Shown here: positions 17,573 to 27,861 of the stretch, in pieces | How positions within the stretch are numbered: position 1 is the first letter of the stretch | Layout of the letters: every line of letters starts with the position of its first letter | Assembly: GCA_963715475.1 (NCBI GenBank) | Contig: OY970241.1 | Span: 1,827,309-1,891,308, forward strand | Direction: 5' to 3' | DNA: 64,000 bases | DNA from: an uncultured Actinomycetes bacterium | Lineage (GTDB): Bacteria > Actinomycetota > Thermoleophilia > Solirubrobacterales > 70-9 | The notes under the pieces: model-generated | The model's database searches: none | What the model saw: only the letters and a program-made list of their open reading frames with translations | Told to the model about the DNA's origin: nothing | Program-made: the position numbers and the translations under genes

Positions 17573-19813
17573 CTAGCCGCGGCGCTCGCGTTCGCGCCCG
17601 CGACCGCGCTCGCGGTCGCGACCCCGGCCGCCGCGGTCGCCGCCGTTGCGGCGGCCGCCGTCGCCGGAGCCGACCGAGGCCAGCTCCTGCGGCGATTTGC
17701 CCTCGACCGAGGGGTCGTTCGAGAGGCGCAGGCCGATCCGGCCCCGCTCCTTGTCGACCTCGACCACGGTGACGTCGATCTGGTCGCCGGCGCTGAGCAC
17801 GTCGTCGACCGAGTCGACCCGCTCGCCGGGCTTCACGTTGGAGATGTGAAGCAGGCCGTCGGTGCCCTTGACCAGCTCGACGAAGGCGCCGAAGGTGGTC
17901 GTCTTGACGACTTTGGCCCCCTCGTAGCGATCGCCGATTTCGGCCTCCTTGGTCATCGAGTTGATCCGCGAGACCGCACCGTCGACGAGATCGCCGGTCG
18001 GCGCGTAGATCCGGATCGTGCCGTCGTCCTCGACGTCGATTTCGGCCTCGAACTCCTCGCAGAGGGCGCGGATGGTTTCCCCGCCTTTGCCGATCACCGC
18101 TCCGATCTTCTCGGGGTCGATCTTGATCGACTCGATCGCCGGCGCGTGCTGGGAGAGCTTCTCCCGCGGCCCCTCGATCGCCTCGGCCATCTTGCCGAGG
18201 ATGAACTGGCGGCCCTTGTTGGCCTGGTCCAGCGCGTCCCGGAGGATGTCGAAGGTGACGCCGGTGATCTTGATGTCCATCTGCAGGGCGGTGATCCCGT
18301 CCTTGGTGCCGGCGACCTTGAAGTCCATGTCGCCGAGGTGGTCCTCGACGCCGGCGATGTCGGTGAGGACGATGTAGTCCTCGCCCTCCTTGATCAGGCC
18401 CATCGCGACGCCGGCGACCGGTGCGGAGACCGGCACGCCCGCCGCCTGCAGGGCCATCGAGGAGGCGCAGACCGAGCCCATCGAGGAGGACCCGTTGGAC
18501 TCGAGCGTCTCGGAGACCGCGCGGATCACGTAGGGGAACGCCTCTTCGTCGGGGATCGTCGCCAGCAGGGCGCGCTCGGCGAGGGCGCCGTGGCCGATGT
18601 CACGCCGCTTCGGGCCGCGCATGAAGCCCGCCTCCCCGACCGAGAAGGGCGGGAAGTTGTAGTGGTGGAAGAACCGTTTGGTCGTCTGCAGCCCGAGCGT
18701 GTCGAGGCGCATGTCCATCCGGGTCGTCCCGAGGGCGACGTTGGAGAGGATCTGCGTCTCGCCGCGGGTGAACAGGGCCGAGCCGTGGACGCGCGGGGAG
18801 ACGTCGACCTCGCACTCGATCGGCCGGATCTCGTCCTGGGCGCGACCGTCGGGGCGCTTCTTTTCGACGGCGATCGCCTTGCGGATCGTTTCCTTCTCGA
18901 TCGAGTCGATCGCCGCCTTGACCTCGGCGACGCGGGAGTCGTCCACCTCGCCCGCCTCGTGGGCGGCGGCGTAGTGGCCGACGACCTCGTCCTTGACCTT
19001 GTCGATCGCCTCGTAGCGCTCGAGCTTGCCCTCGGTGGCGATCGCGTCGACCAGCGCCTGGCCGTGGGAGGAGCGGATCTGGTCGAGCAGCGAGCTGTCG
19101 AGCTCGGGCTCCTCGTGCTTGATCTTCTCCTTGCCGGCCTTCTGCTGCAGCTCCGCCATCGTCGCGCAGAGCTTCTTGATCTCGCTGTGGGCGATGTCGA
19201 GGGCGTCGAGGATCTCGGCCTCGGTGACGCCCTCGGCGCCGGCCTCGACCATCAGGATCGCCTCGTCGGTGCCGGCGACGATCAGGTCGAGTTCCAGCTC
19301 CTCCTGGCGCTCCTCCGGCGGGTTGACGACGAAGTCGCCCTCCAGCTTGCCGATGCGGACGGCGCCGACGTGCTTCTCGACCGGGACCGGCGAGATCGCC
19401 AGCGCCGCGGAGGCGCCGTTCATCGCGAGGATGTCGTAGGGGTGCTCGTGGTCGACCGACATCGGCATCGCGACCAGCTGGGTCTCGTAGTGCCAGCCCT
19501 TGGGGAACAGCGGGCGGATCGGCCGGTCGATCATGCGCGCGGTCAGCGTCGCCTTCTCGCCCGATTTGCCCTCGCGACGGAAGAACGAGCCCGGGATCTT
19601 GCCCGCGGCGTACATCCGCTCCTCGACGTCGACGGTGAGGGGAAGGAAGTCCACGTCGCGGAGGTTCCCGACGGTGGCGGTGCAGAGGACCATCGTGTCG
19701 CCGCTGCGGACGACGACCGCGCCACCCGCCTGCTTCGCGAGTTTTCCGGTCTCGAAGGAAATCTGGCTGTCGCCGACATCCGCCGAGACGCGGGTAACGT
19801 CAAACATGCTCAT
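17573..19813 (-). CDS. pnp: polyribonucleotide nucleotidyltransferase (PNPase)
   Basis: Two RNase PH domains (FFHHYNFPPFSVGE), KH and S1 domains, and an Arg/Gly-rich tail. Confidence 0.95.
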   Translation of the reverse strand: MSMFDVTRVSADVGDSQISFETGKLAKQAGGAVVVRSGDTMVLCTATVGNLRDVDFLPLTVDVEERMYAAGKIPGSFFRREGKSGEKATLTARMIDRPIRPLFPKGWHYETQLVAMPMSVDHEHPYDILAMNGASAALAISPVPVEKHVGAVRIGKLEGDFVVNPPEERQEELELDLIVAGTDEAILMVEAGAEGVTEAEILDALDIAHSEIKKLCATMAELQQKAGKEKIKHEEPELDSSLLDQIRSSHGQALVDAIATEGKLERYEAIDKVKDEVVGHYAAAHEAGEVDDSRVAEVKAAIDSIEKETIRKAIAVEKKRPDGRAQDEIRPIECEVDVSPRVHGSALFTRGETQILSNVALGTTRMDMRLDTLGLQTTKRFFHHYNFPPFSVGEAGFMRGPKRRDIGHGALAERALLATIPDEEAFPYVIRAVSETLESNGSSSMGSVCASSMALQAAGVPVSAPVAGVAMGLIKEGEDYIVLTDIAGVEDHLGDMDFKVAGTKDGITALQMDIKITGVTFDILRDALDQANKGRQFILGKMAEAIEGPREKLSQHAPAIESIKIDPEKIGAVIGKGGETIRALCEEFEAEIDVEDDGTIRIYAPTGDLVDGAVSRINSMTKEAEIGDRYEGAKVVKTTTFGAFVELVKGTDGLLHISNVKPGERVDSVDDVLSAGDQIDVTVVEVDKERGRIGLRLSNDPSVEGKSPQELASVGSGDGGRRNGGDRGGRGRDRERGRGRERERRG

Positions 19814-19856
19814 TTAGTTGTCTACCTCCGGCCGCCCGGTTGGCGACCCTTTGTGT

Positions 19857-20336
19857 TCAGAACTCTCGTTCTCTAACTGCCTGAAGGGTACAGGCATCGA
19901 AAACCGCCGGGGTGCCGGCCACCCCGGCGCGGATCCCGGACTCGAAATCGCGCCTGATCCGGGCCGCCGCCTGCGGCGCCCGCCGGTCGGCCTCGAAGCG
20001 CTCGAGATCGAGCCCCAGCCGCTCGACCCGCTCCCAGAGGTGGGGGTCGTCGACCCTCCCCCGCTCGGCGTAGAGCGAGTCGACCATCGCGAAGAAGCGG
20101 CCCTGGCGCCCGGCCGCCTCGGCGGCGGCGTGCAGGGCCGGCGAGCGCGGGTGCTTGCTGGCCACCGGGAAGTGGCGGAAGACGAGCCGGCCGGGGCGCT
20201 CGCGCAGCCGCCGCCACCCGGCGGCGCAGTGGGGGCAACCGAGGTCGGCGTAGACGACGATCCCCTCCTCCCCGCTCCCGGCGACGTGGTCGCCGGCGCC
20301 GACCGGCGGGATCGGGGCGCTGCTCAGGTCGCTCAT
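19857..20336 (-). CDS. DsbA-family thioredoxin-fold protein (CPHC)
   Basis: 159 aa with YADLGCPHCAAGW active-site motif and C-terminal GVAGTPAVF typical of the DsbA/thioredoxin_4 fold. No obvious signal peptide. Confidence 0.7.
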   Translation of the reverse strand: MSDLSSAPIPPVGAGDHVAGSGEEGIVVYADLGCPHCAAGWRRLRERPGRLVFRHFPVASKHPRSPALHAAAEAAGRQGRFFAMVDSLYAERGRVDDPHLWERVERLGLDLERFEADRRAPQAAARIRRDFESGIRAGVAGTPAVFDACTLQAVREREF

Positions 20337-20338
20337 AT

Positions 20339-20387
20339 CGCGAGTCTGTCTTATTCCTTGCTCTACAAGGAAAATGACGGACTCGCG
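20339..20387. repeat. palindromic element, family C copy 1 (CGCGAGTCTGT...GCTCTACA...ACGGACTCGCG)
   Basis: 22-bp imperfect hairpin (2 mismatches, 1 wobble) with loop CTCTA. It exactly fills the prx stop to dsbA-like start gap. The second copy is at 59008-59056. Confidence 0.6.
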
Positions 20388-20840
20388 CTAGGCAAGCGCG
20401 TCGAAGATGACGTTGGCGCCGGGAAACTCGCCCGGATTCGGCGATTCGTAGGTCCAGGCGACCCGGCCGTCCTCGTCGACGAGGACGAGAGTGCGGTTGG
20501 CGAAGCCGAGCGGCGCCTCCAGGTAGGAGCCGTAGGCGCGCGCCACCTCGCCCTTGGGCTCGAAGTCGGAGAGCAGGGTGGTGTCGATCCCAAGCTGCTC
20601 GCGGAAGGCCCGGTGGGCGAAGAAGCTGTCGACGCTGATCCCGACCAGCTCGACGCCCCGCTCGGCGATCTGCGGCTTCACCTCCTGGTAGATCGAGAGC
20701 TGGTCGCCGCAGACGGGGCTGAAGTCGCCCGGGTAGAAGACCAGCATGACCCGGCGGCCGCGGTAGTCGGAGAGGGAGACCTTCTCCCCGTCCTGGTCGC
20801 GAAGGGTGAAGTCGGGGGCCTGCTCCCCGACCGGGATCAT
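20388..20840 (-). CDS. peroxiredoxin (AhpC/TSA family, AhpE/Bcp-like)
   Basis: [14 protein letters not shown] peroxidatic-Cys motif. The ATG overlaps the rpsO stop (ATGA). Confidence 0.85.
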   Translation of the reverse strand: MIPVGEQAPDFTLRDQDGEKVSLSDYRGRRVMLVFYPGDFSPVCGDQLSIYQEVKPQIAERGVELVGISVDSFFAHRAFREQLGIDTTLLSDFEPKGEVARAYGSYLEAPLGFANRTLVLVDEDGRVAWTYESPNPGEFPGANVIFDALA

Positions 20841-21106
20841 CGCCGCAGGCCGAGCTCTTTGACCAGCGAGCGGTAGCGCTCGAGGTCGGACTTTTCGAGG
20901 TAGCGGAGCATCCGCCGTCGCTTGCCGACCAGCATCAGCAGCCCGCGCCGCGAGTGGTGGTCTTTGGCGTGGGCGCGGAGGTGCTCGGTGAGTTCGTTGA
21001 TCCGCTCGGTCATCAGCGCGATCTGGACCTCGGCCGAGCCGGTGTCGCCGTCGCCGCGGCCGTACTTGCCGATCAGCTCGCTCTTTTTCTCTTTGGTCAG
21101 GCTCAT
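20837..21106 (-). CDS. rpsO: 30S ribosomal protein S15
   Basis: [57 protein letters not shown]... (89 aa). The track ORF start at 21223 is an extension. Confidence 0.95.
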   Translation of the reverse strand: MSLTKEKKSELIGKYGRGDGDTGSAEVQIALMTERINELTEHLRAHAKDHHSRRGLLMLVGKRRRMLRYLEKSDLERYRSLVKELGLRR

Positions 21107-21135
21107 CTCGTTCCCAGGGTCATAACCGGCCTCAT

Positions 21136-21164
21136 AAAAAAACCGGCGCGACTCAGCGCGACGG
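21136..21164 (-). terminator. possible terminator/attenuator at the ribF 3' end, upstream of rpsO
   Basis: Minus-strand CCGUCGCG-CUGAGU-CGCGCCGG (8 bp, 1 mismatch; the ribF stop is in the loop) followed by U7. Confidence 0.35.
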
Positions 21165-22040
21165 CCGCTGGAAATTAGCACAGACACGCTTGGCGTCCTC
21201 GACGTCGCGGTGCATCTGGGCAACCAGTTCCCCGACCTCGGGATAGCTGCGCTCGCCGCGCAGGCGCTCGACGAAGGCGACCCGGAGGGTCTTGCCGTAG
21301 AGGTCCTCCTCGCGGTCGATCAGGTAGGTCTCGATGAGGACGCCGCGGCCGCTGTCGAAGGTCGGCCGCACGCCGACGTTGACGGCGGCCGGAACCCCGT
21401 CGGCGAAGGCCGCGTAGACGCCGTGGCCGGGGATCGCGAGGCGGTCGTCGGGGACGATGTTGGCGGTCGGGAAGCCGAGCTCGCGGCCGCGCTGGTCGCC
21501 GGAGACGACCTCGCCCTCGACCATGAAGGGGGCGCCGAGGCAGCGGCGCGCCGCCTCCATCTCGCCGGCCGCGACCAGGGCCCGGATCCGGGTCGAGGAG
21601 ACGGTTTCGCCGTCGACTTCGACCAGCGGCACGACCCGGGCCTCGAACTCCGGCCGGGCCGCCAGCATCGCCGGGTCGCCCTTGGCCCTGGCGCCGAAGC
21701 GGAAGTTCTCCCCGACCGACACCTGCCTGGCGTCGAGCTTCTCCAGCAGCACGTGCTCGACGAAGTCCTCGGCGCTGCGCTGGGCGAAGTCGCGGTCGAA
21801 GGGGATCACGACCAGCTCCCGCACGCCGAGGCCTTCGATCACGTCGCGCTTGACGTTGAAGGGCATGATCAGCTTCGGGGTCGCCGCCGGGTGCAGGACT
21901 TCGAGCGGGTGCGGGTCGAAGGTGAGGACGGTGTCGGCCCCCGCGATCACCGCCTGGTGGCCGAGGTGGACGCCGTCGAAGGTGCCGATCGCGACGTTGC
22001 GCGGCCGTGGCTCGGCGTCGGGCAGCGGGGTGACCTTCAT
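21153..22040 (-). CDS. ribF: bifunctional riboflavin kinase / FAD synthetase
   Basis: Starts MKVTPLPD (ATG 22040). Has [11 protein letters not shown] and the kinase motif GFPTANI. The track start at 22466 is a shadow extension. Confidence 0.9.
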   Translation of the reverse strand: MKVTPLPDAEPRPRNVAIGTFDGVHLGHQAVIAGADTVLTFDPHPLEVLHPAATPKLIMPFNVKRDVIEGLGVRELVVIPFDRDFAQRSAEDFVEHVLLEKLDARQVSVGENFRFGARAKGDPAMLAARPEFEARVVPLVEVDGETVSSTRIRALVAAGEMEAARRCLGAPFMVEGEVVSGDQRGRELGFPTANIVPDDRLAIPGHGVYAAFADGVPAAVNVGVRPTFDSGRGVLIETYLIDREEDLYGKTLRVAFVERLRGERSYPEVGELVAQMHRDVEDAKRVCANFQRPSR

Positions 22041-22045
22041 GCTGC

Positions 22046-22693
22046 TCACCGCAGCGCCTCCGCCACCGCCGGCACCAGCGCCGCCACCCGCGCGGCCGGC
22101 AGCTCCTCGCCGGCGTCCTCGACCCGGAAGGGGCCGATCGCGGTCCGCCGCAGCTCCTCGCAGTAGGCGTCGCCGACGGTCTCGACCAGGGTCCGCACGT
22201 AGGTCCCGGCCGAGCATTCGATCTCGTAGTGGGCGCGCTCCCCGTCGCCGCCGAGCAGCTCGGCCCGGTAGACCTCGACGTCGCGCTCCGGCGTCTCCAC
22301 CACCTCGCCGCGGTGGGCCTTCCTGTAGAGGCGCTCGCCGCCGACCCACACCGCCGAGGTCATCGGCACCCGCTGGCGCACGGTCCCGGTCGGCAGCTCC
22401 AGCGAGGCCGGGAGGGCGCCGGTCTCGGTCAGCTCGCCGTCGGGATCGCCGGTCGTGGAGCGCCAACCGAGCCGCGCCGTCGCCAGGTAGGTCTTCGGCA
22501 GGCCGACCAGGAACCGCTGCAGCCGGGTCGCCCGCCCCAGCAGGACCAGCAGCAGCCCGGTCGCGAAGGGGTCGAGGGTGCCGGCGTGGCCGACCTTGCC
22601 GCCGCGCTGGCGCCGCACCCGGGCGACGACGTCGTGCGAGGTGATGCCGGCCGGCTTGTCGTAGAGCAGCAGCGTCCCGGGGTCGGCCGTCAT
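22046..22693 (-). CDS. truB: tRNA pseudouridine(55) synthase, compact form without PUA domain
   Basis: Starts MTADPGTLLLYDKPAGITSHD (ATG 22693). Catalytic motif GHAGTLDPFATGLL. Only 215 aa. Confidence 0.85.
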   Translation of the reverse strand: MTADPGTLLLYDKPAGITSHDVVARVRRQRGGKVGHAGTLDPFATGLLLVLLGRATRLQRFLVGLPKTYLATARLGWRSTTGDPDGELTETGALPASLELPTGTVRQRVPMTSAVWVGGERLYRKAHRGEVVETPERDVEVYRAELLGGDGERAHYEIECSAGTYVRTLVETVGDAYCEELRRTAIGPFRVEDAGEELPAARVAALVPAVAEALR

Positions 22694-22695
22694 GC

Positions 22696-23700
22696 TCAGG
22701 CGTCGAGTTGGGCCGCGACCTCTCGGGTCAGGAAGGCGACCAGCTCGTCGTACTCGAGGTCGGTCGAGAAGCCGGCGGCGCGCTTGTGTCCCCCTCCCCC
22801 GTTCTCGCGCGCGATCGCCGAGACGTCGACGTCGCCGGCGCTGGAGCGCAGGCTGACCTTGCGGGCGGAGCGGCCGCGGTTGCCGAGGTCGCGGATCACC
22901 GCCGCCACCTTGACCCCGTCGATCGAGCGCAGGTTGTCGATCAGCCCCTCGGTCATCTCCTCGCCGGCGCCGGTCGCCTCGTAGTCGGCCAGGGTCACGT
23001 AGCTGACCGCCAGGGCGCCGTCGCAGTAGCTGGAGATCCCGTCCAGCGCCCGCGAGACCAGCCGCAGCTTCTCCAGCGGGACGTGCTCGTAGAGGCGCCG
23101 GTAGGTGTCGTCGACGTCGACCCCGGCCTCGATCAGGTCGGCCGCCACCCGGTGGGTGTGGGCGTTGGTGTTCTCGTACATGAACTTGCCGGTGTCGGTG
23201 ATCAGCCCGACGTAGAGCGCGGCGGCGATCTCGGGGGTGATCCTCGCCCCCAGAAGCAGCGCCAGGTCGTAGACGATCTCGGCGGTGCAGGAGGCGCCGA
23301 CGTCGACCAGGTTGAGGTCGCCGAAGCAGGTGTTGTCGTGGTGGTGGTCGATGTTGATGACGTCGTTGCCGCCCGCGGTCAGCCACTCGACCGGCATCCG
23401 GTCGATGTTGCCGCAGTCGAGGAAGACGACGGTGCGGTCGGCCATGTCGGCGGGGGCCTCGTGGAAGACCTCCTCGAGCGGCAGGAAGCGGTACTCGATC
23501 GGCAGCGGGAACTCCTTCGCGGCCATGAACATCACCGAGTCCTTGCCGAGCCCGGTGAGGACCTTGTGCAGGCCGAGCAGGGAGCCGAGCGCGTCCCCGT
23601 CGGGCCCCTCGTGGGCGGTCAGGAGGAAGCGGTCGCGGGCGCGCAGCTCGGCGCCGACGCGCTCGAGGTCGGAGGTGGCGAGGTCAGGCAGTGAGCTCAT
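22696..23700 (-). CDS. nrnA: DHH/DHHA1 phosphoesterase (NrnA-type oligoribonuclease / pAp phosphatase)
   Basis: DHH motif NIDHHHDN and DHHA1 motif GGGGHKRAAG. Confidence 0.85.
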   Translation of the reverse strand: MSSLPDLATSDLERVGAELRARDRFLLTAHEGPDGDALGSLLGLHKVLTGLGKDSVMFMAAKEFPLPIEYRFLPLEEVFHEAPADMADRTVVFLDCGNIDRMPVEWLTAGGNDVINIDHHHDNTCFGDLNLVDVGASCTAEIVYDLALLLGARITPEIAAALYVGLITDTGKFMYENTNAHTHRVAADLIEAGVDVDDTYRRLYEHVPLEKLRLVSRALDGISSYCDGALAVSYVTLADYEATGAGEEMTEGLIDNLRSIDGVKVAAVIRDLGNRGRSARKVSLRSSAGDVDVSAIARENGGGGHKRAAGFSTDLEYDELVAFLTREVAAQLDA

Positions 23701-24037
23701 CGTCTCCCTCCTCCAACAGTTCGGAGATGCGGACGCCGCGCTCGGCGGTGTCGTCGTAACGGAAGGTCAACGTCGGGGTCCGCTTCATCCGCGTCTCGGC
23801 GGCGATCCGCGACTGGATCACGCCGTGGGCGGCGCGCAGGCCGGCCAGGGTCGCCTCCCGTTCCTCCTCGTCGCCGAGCACGCTGACGAACACCTTGGCG
23901 GCGCGGAGGTCGGGGCTGGTCTCTACGGAGGTCACGGTCACGAAGCCGATGCGAGGATCGCTCAAATCGCCTGCCACAGCCGCCCCGACGACCTCGCGAA
24001 GCACCTCGTTGATGCGCCGCATGCGGGGTCCGGCCAT
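23684..24037 (-). CDS. rbfA: ribosome-binding factor A
   Basis: 117 aa with RINEVLREVV...DPRIGFVTVTSVETSPDLRAAKVFVSV. Position after infB. Confidence 0.9.
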   Translation of the reverse strand: MAGPRMRRINEVLREVVGAAVAGDLSDPRIGFVTVTSVETSPDLRAAKVFVSVLGDEEEREATLAGLRAAHGVIQSRIAAETRMKRTPTLTFRYDDTAERGVRISELLEEGDDELTA

Positions 24038-24046
24038 GCTAGTGGC

Positions 24047-26308
24047 TTACTCGAGGGTCTGCTCGACCTGTTTCGTCTGGAAGAACTCGAGCACGTCGTC
24101 CTCCTTGACGTCGGCGTACCCCTCGAGGACGATCCCGCACTCCTGGCCCTCCTCGACTTCCTGGACGTTGTCTTTGAAGCGGCGCAGGGACCCGAGCCGG
24201 CCGGTCCAGATCACCGTGCCCTCGCGGATCAGGCGGACGCTGGCGTCGCGGCGGGCTTTGCCCTCGGCGACGATGCAGCCGGCGATGCGGCCGACCTTGG
24301 AGGCTTTGAAGGTCTGTTTGACCAGCGCCTCGCCGATCGTCTCCTCGACCTCGACCGAGTCCAGCAGGCCCTCCATCGCGTTGCGCAGGTCTTCGGTGAT
24401 TTTGTAGATGACCGAGTAGGTGCGGACGTCGACCCCCTCGCGCGCCGCCGCCCGTTTGGCGTCGAGCAGCGGCCGCACGTTGAAGCCGATGATGATCGCG
24501 TCGGAGGCCGAGGCGAGCATCACGTCGGACTCGTTGATGCCGCCGGTCTGGGAGTGGATGATGTTGATCGCGACCCGTTCCTGCGGCACTTTCGCGAGCT
24601 CGTCCTGGAGCGCCTCCAGGGAGCCGGCGACGTCGGCCTTGAGGACGATGTTGAGCTCTTTGATCTCGCCCTCCTGGGCGCGGGCGAAGACCTCGTCGAG
24701 GCTGACCTTGCGGCCCTGGCGGCGGGCCAGCGCCTCGGTTTTGAGCCGGTGGGCGCGCTCCTGGGCGAGCTGCCGCGCCTGGCGGTCGCCCGGGACCGTC
24801 TGCACGAACTCGCCGGCGTCGGCGACGCCGTCGAAGCCGAGCACCTCGACCGGCATCCCCGGCACGGCCTCGGCGACGGCGGTGCCGGTGAAGTCCTGCA
24901 TCGCCCGCACCCGGCCCCACTGGGGCCCGGCGACCAGCGAGTCGCCGACCCGCAGGGTGCCGCGCTCGACCAGCACGGTGACGACCGGGCCGCGGCCGGG
25001 GTCGAGCTGGGACTCGATCACGTGCCCGGAGGCCTCGGTGTTCGGGTTGGCCGAGAGCTCCTCCAGCTCGGTGACCAGGAGGATCATGTCGAGCAGGTTG
25101 TCGAGGCCCTCCTTGGTCTTGGCCGAGACCTCGCAGAAGACGGTGTCGCCGCCCCAGTCCTCGGGCGCGATCCCCTCCGAAGAGAGCTCGCCCTTGACTT
25201 TTTCGGGGTTGGCGCCCTCTTTGTCGATCTTGTTGATCGCCACCAGCATCGGCACGTCGGCGGCGCGGGCGTGGTCGATCGCCTCTTTGGTCTGCGGCAT
25301 CACGCCGTCGTCGGCGGCGACGACCACGACGACCACGTCGGTCACCTTGGCGCCGCGGGCCCGCATCGCCGTGAAGGCGGCGTGGCCGGGGGTGTCGAGG
25401 AAGGTGATCGTCTTGCGGTCGTGGTGGACCTGGTAGGCGCCGATGTGCTGGGTGATCCCGCCGGCCTCGCCGGCCGCCACCTCGGTCTCGCGGATCGCGT
25501 CCAGCAGCGAGGTCTTGCCGTGGTCGACGTGGCCCATGATCGTCACCACCGGCGGCCGTTCGACCAGGTCCTCGTCGGCGTCGCTGAACTCGGGCTCCTC
25601 GGGCTCCTCGTCGGCGGCGTGGACGATCTCGATCTTGCGGTCGTACTCGTCGGCGATCGCCTTCACCGAGTCGTCGGTGAGGGTCTGCGTCAGGGTCGCC
25701 ATCTCGCCCATCATCATCAGTTTTTTGATCACCTCGGCCGGGGCGAGGCCGAGCGACTCGGCGACCTCGCGGACGGTGGCTCCGGAGTTGACCTTGGTCG
25801 CCTCCGGCTCGGCCGGCGTCTCGGGTCTGGCCGGCGGCTCCTCGAGCAGCGGCTTGCGGCGGCGCCCGCCGCGGCGGCGCGGCGGCCGCTGCGGCGGCGG
25901 CCCGCCCTGCTGCTCGCGGCGCGAGGCCTGCGAGTCGATCACCACGCGGCGTTTTTTCGAGGCGGCGGAGGCGCCGCCGCCGGCGCCCTGCTGCGAGCCG
26001 GCCGGGCGCACCGGCTTGGTCGAGGTCTGCGACCCTTTCGAGGCGGCCGGCTTGGCGGCCGGTTTGGCCGGGGCGGCGGCTTTCGGGGCCGCCGGAGCGG
26101 CTTTGCCGCCGGCTGCCGCCGGCGCTTTCTTCGCGGTCCCGGCGCCGCCGTTGCCCTTCGCGGCCGCGATCGCCTTCAGGGCGTCGGCCTCCTCGACGGT
26201 CGAGGCGGCGGCTTTCGCCTCGACGCCGGCGGCCTTCAGCGCCGCCAGCAGCTCCTTCGAGCTGACGCCCTGCGCTTTCGCGATCTCGTGAACCCGCTTC
26301 TTAGCCAC
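24047..26308 (-). CDS. infB: translation initiation factor IF-2
   Basis: G-domain [21 protein letters not shown]. Ala/Pro/Lys-rich N-terminus. The GTG start overlaps the nusA TAG by 1 nt. Confidence 0.95.
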   Translation of the reverse strand: MAKKRVHEIAKAQGVSSKELLAALKAAGVEAKAAASTVEEADALKAIAAAKGNGGAGTAKKAPAAAGGKAAPAAPKAAAPAKPAAKPAASKGSQTSTKPVRPAGSQQGAGGGASAASKKRRVVIDSQASRREQQGGPPPQRPPRRRGGRRRKPLLEEPPARPETPAEPEATKVNSGATVREVAESLGLAPAEVIKKLMMMGEMATLTQTLTDDSVKAIADEYDRKIEIVHAADEEPEEPEFSDADEDLVERPPVVTIMGHVDHGKTSLLDAIRETEVAAGEAGGITQHIGAYQVHHDRKTITFLDTPGHAAFTAMRARGAKVTDVVVVVVAADDGVMPQTKEAIDHARAADVPMLVAINKIDKEGANPEKVKGELSSEGIAPEDWGGDTVFCEVSAKTKEGLDNLLDMILLVTELEELSANPNTEASGHVIESQLDPGRGPVVTVLVERGTLRVGDSLVAGPQWGRVRAMQDFTGTAVAEAVPGMPVEVLGFDGVADAGEFVQTVPGDRQARQLAQERAHRLKTEALARRQGRKVSLDEVFARAQEGEIKELNIVLKADVAGSLEALQDELAKVPQERVAINIIHSQTGGINESDVMLASASDAIIIGFNVRPLLDAKRAAAREGVDVRTYSVIYKITEDLRNAMEGLLDSVEVEETIGEALVKQTFKASKVGRIAGCIVAEGKARRDASVRLIREGTVIWTGRLGSLRRFKDNVQEVEEGQECGIVLEGYADVKEDDVLEFFQTKQVEQTLE

Positions 26309-27861
26309 TAGGCCTGCTCCGCCTCCTCGGCGACTGCCTCCGGTTCGGGCTCCTCCGCCCCCTCCGCCTCATCACCGTCAGCCGACGGCGCCTCTGGCGC
26401 GGAGGACGGCTCTTCGCCCGCAGCCTGCGAGGACGAAGAGTCGTCCTCGGCGACAGGACCCGCGGCCTCGGCGCCATCGTCCTCCGGCTCGGACTCGACG
26501 AAGCTCGCCTCGGCGCGGGCGACGATCTCATCGACCTGGCCTTCGTCGGCGTCGGGGTCGGCGAGGATCGCCACCTCGGCCTCCTCGAGGCCGGAGAGCA
26601 CCGCGACCTGGCTGGTCCCGAAGCGCGAGAGCGCCTGGTGCTGGGGCAGGCCGCAGTAGGTGGAGCCCGGCAGCGCCGCGTTGGGGCAGCGGCGGCCGGT
26701 GGTCATCACCGCCATGCAGCGGCCGTCGAAGGCTTCCTCGCCCTCGATCTCGATCTCCTGTTCTTCGGAGGCGAACTCGGTCTCGGACTTGATGTCGACG
26801 CGCCAGCCGGTGAGGCGGGCGGCGAGGCGGGCGTTCTGGCCGTCGCGGCCGATCGCCAGCGAGAGCTGGTCGTCGGGGACGATCACCGTCGCCTGGCGCT
26901 CCTCGTCGTCGACGATCACCTCGCGCACGCGGGCGGGCGAGAGGGCTTTGGCGACGAAGCGGGCGGGCTCCTCGTTGTAAGGGATGATGTCGATCTTCTC
27001 GCCGCGCAGCTCGGAGACGACCATCCGCACCCGCGAGCCGCGCGGGCCGACGCAGGCGCCGACCGGGTCGACCCCGTCGGCGTGGGAGACGACGGCGATC
27101 TTCGAGCGGTAGCCGGGCTCGCGGGCGACGCCGGTGATTTCCACCAGCTTGTCGGCGATCTCGGGCACCTCGAGCTCGAAGAGGCTTTTGATCAGCTCCG
27201 GGCTGCGGCGGGAGACGACGATCGCCGGGCCTTTGGTCGAGTCGGAGACGTCGGTGATGACGGCCTTGACCCGCATCCCGTGGTCGTAGCGCTCGTTGTA
27301 GACCTGCTCGGACTTCGGCAGCAGCGCCTCGACCCGCTCGCGCAGCTGGACCAGCGTGTAGCGCTTGTCGGACTGCTGGATGATCCCGGTGATCAGCTCG
27401 CCGACCCGGTCCTGGTACTCGTCGTACATCATCTGCCGCTCGGCCTCGCGGATCCGCTGCAGGATCACCTGCTTGGCGGTCTGGGCGGCGATCCGCCCGA
27501 AGTCGTCGGGGGTGACGTCGCGGGTGGTGATCTGGTCCTCGTAGGGGGCGATCATCTCCGGGTCGAGCTCGGGCTCCTCGGGCTCTTTCATCTCCCCCGT
27601 CTCGGGGTCGATCTCCGGCTCCTCCTGCAGCTCGGCGGCTTCGGCCAGCAGCTTCTCCTCCAGCTCGGGCGGCAGGATCAGCTCGAAGACGCGGAAGTCG
27701 CCGGTTTCGTGGTCGAGGTCGACGCGGGCGTATTTGGCCGCCCCGGGAGTCTTCTTGTAAGCCGAGAGGAGGGCGTCCTCGAGGGCGTCCATCAACTTGT
27801 CGGCGGAGATTCCCTTCTCTTGCTCGAGCGCCCTGACGGCGTCGACGATCTCTTTGGTCAC
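26308..27861 (-). CDS. nusA: transcription termination/antitermination factor NusA with acidic insert and ~155-aa Cys-containing acidic C-terminal extension
   Basis: NTD, S1 and two KH domains ([22 protein letters not shown]), then [29 protein letters not shown] and an Asp/Glu-rich tail. GTG start in a GTGA overlap with rimP. Confidence 0.9.
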   Translation of the reverse strand: MTKEIVDAVRALEQEKGISADKLMDALEDALLSAYKKTPGAAKYARVDLDHETGDFRVFELILPPELEEKLLAEAAELQEEPEIDPETGEMKEPEEPELDPEMIAPYEDQITTRDVTPDDFGRIAAQTAKQVILQRIREAERQMMYDEYQDRVGELITGIIQQSDKRYTLVQLRERVEALLPKSEQVYNERYDHGMRVKAVITDVSDSTKGPAIVVSRRSPELIKSLFELEVPEIADKLVEITGVAREPGYRSKIAVVSHADGVDPVGACVGPRGSRVRMVVSELRGEKIDIIPYNEEPARFVAKALSPARVREVIVDDEERQATVIVPDDQLSLAIGRDGQNARLAARLTGWRVDIKSETEFASEEQEIEIEGEEAFDGRCMAVMTTGRRCPNAALPGSTYCGLPQHQALSRFGTSQVAVLSGLEEAEVAILADPDADEGQVDEIVARAEASFVESEPEDDGAEAAGPVAEDDSSSSQAAGEEPSSAPEAPSADGDEAEGAEEPEPEAVAEEAEQA

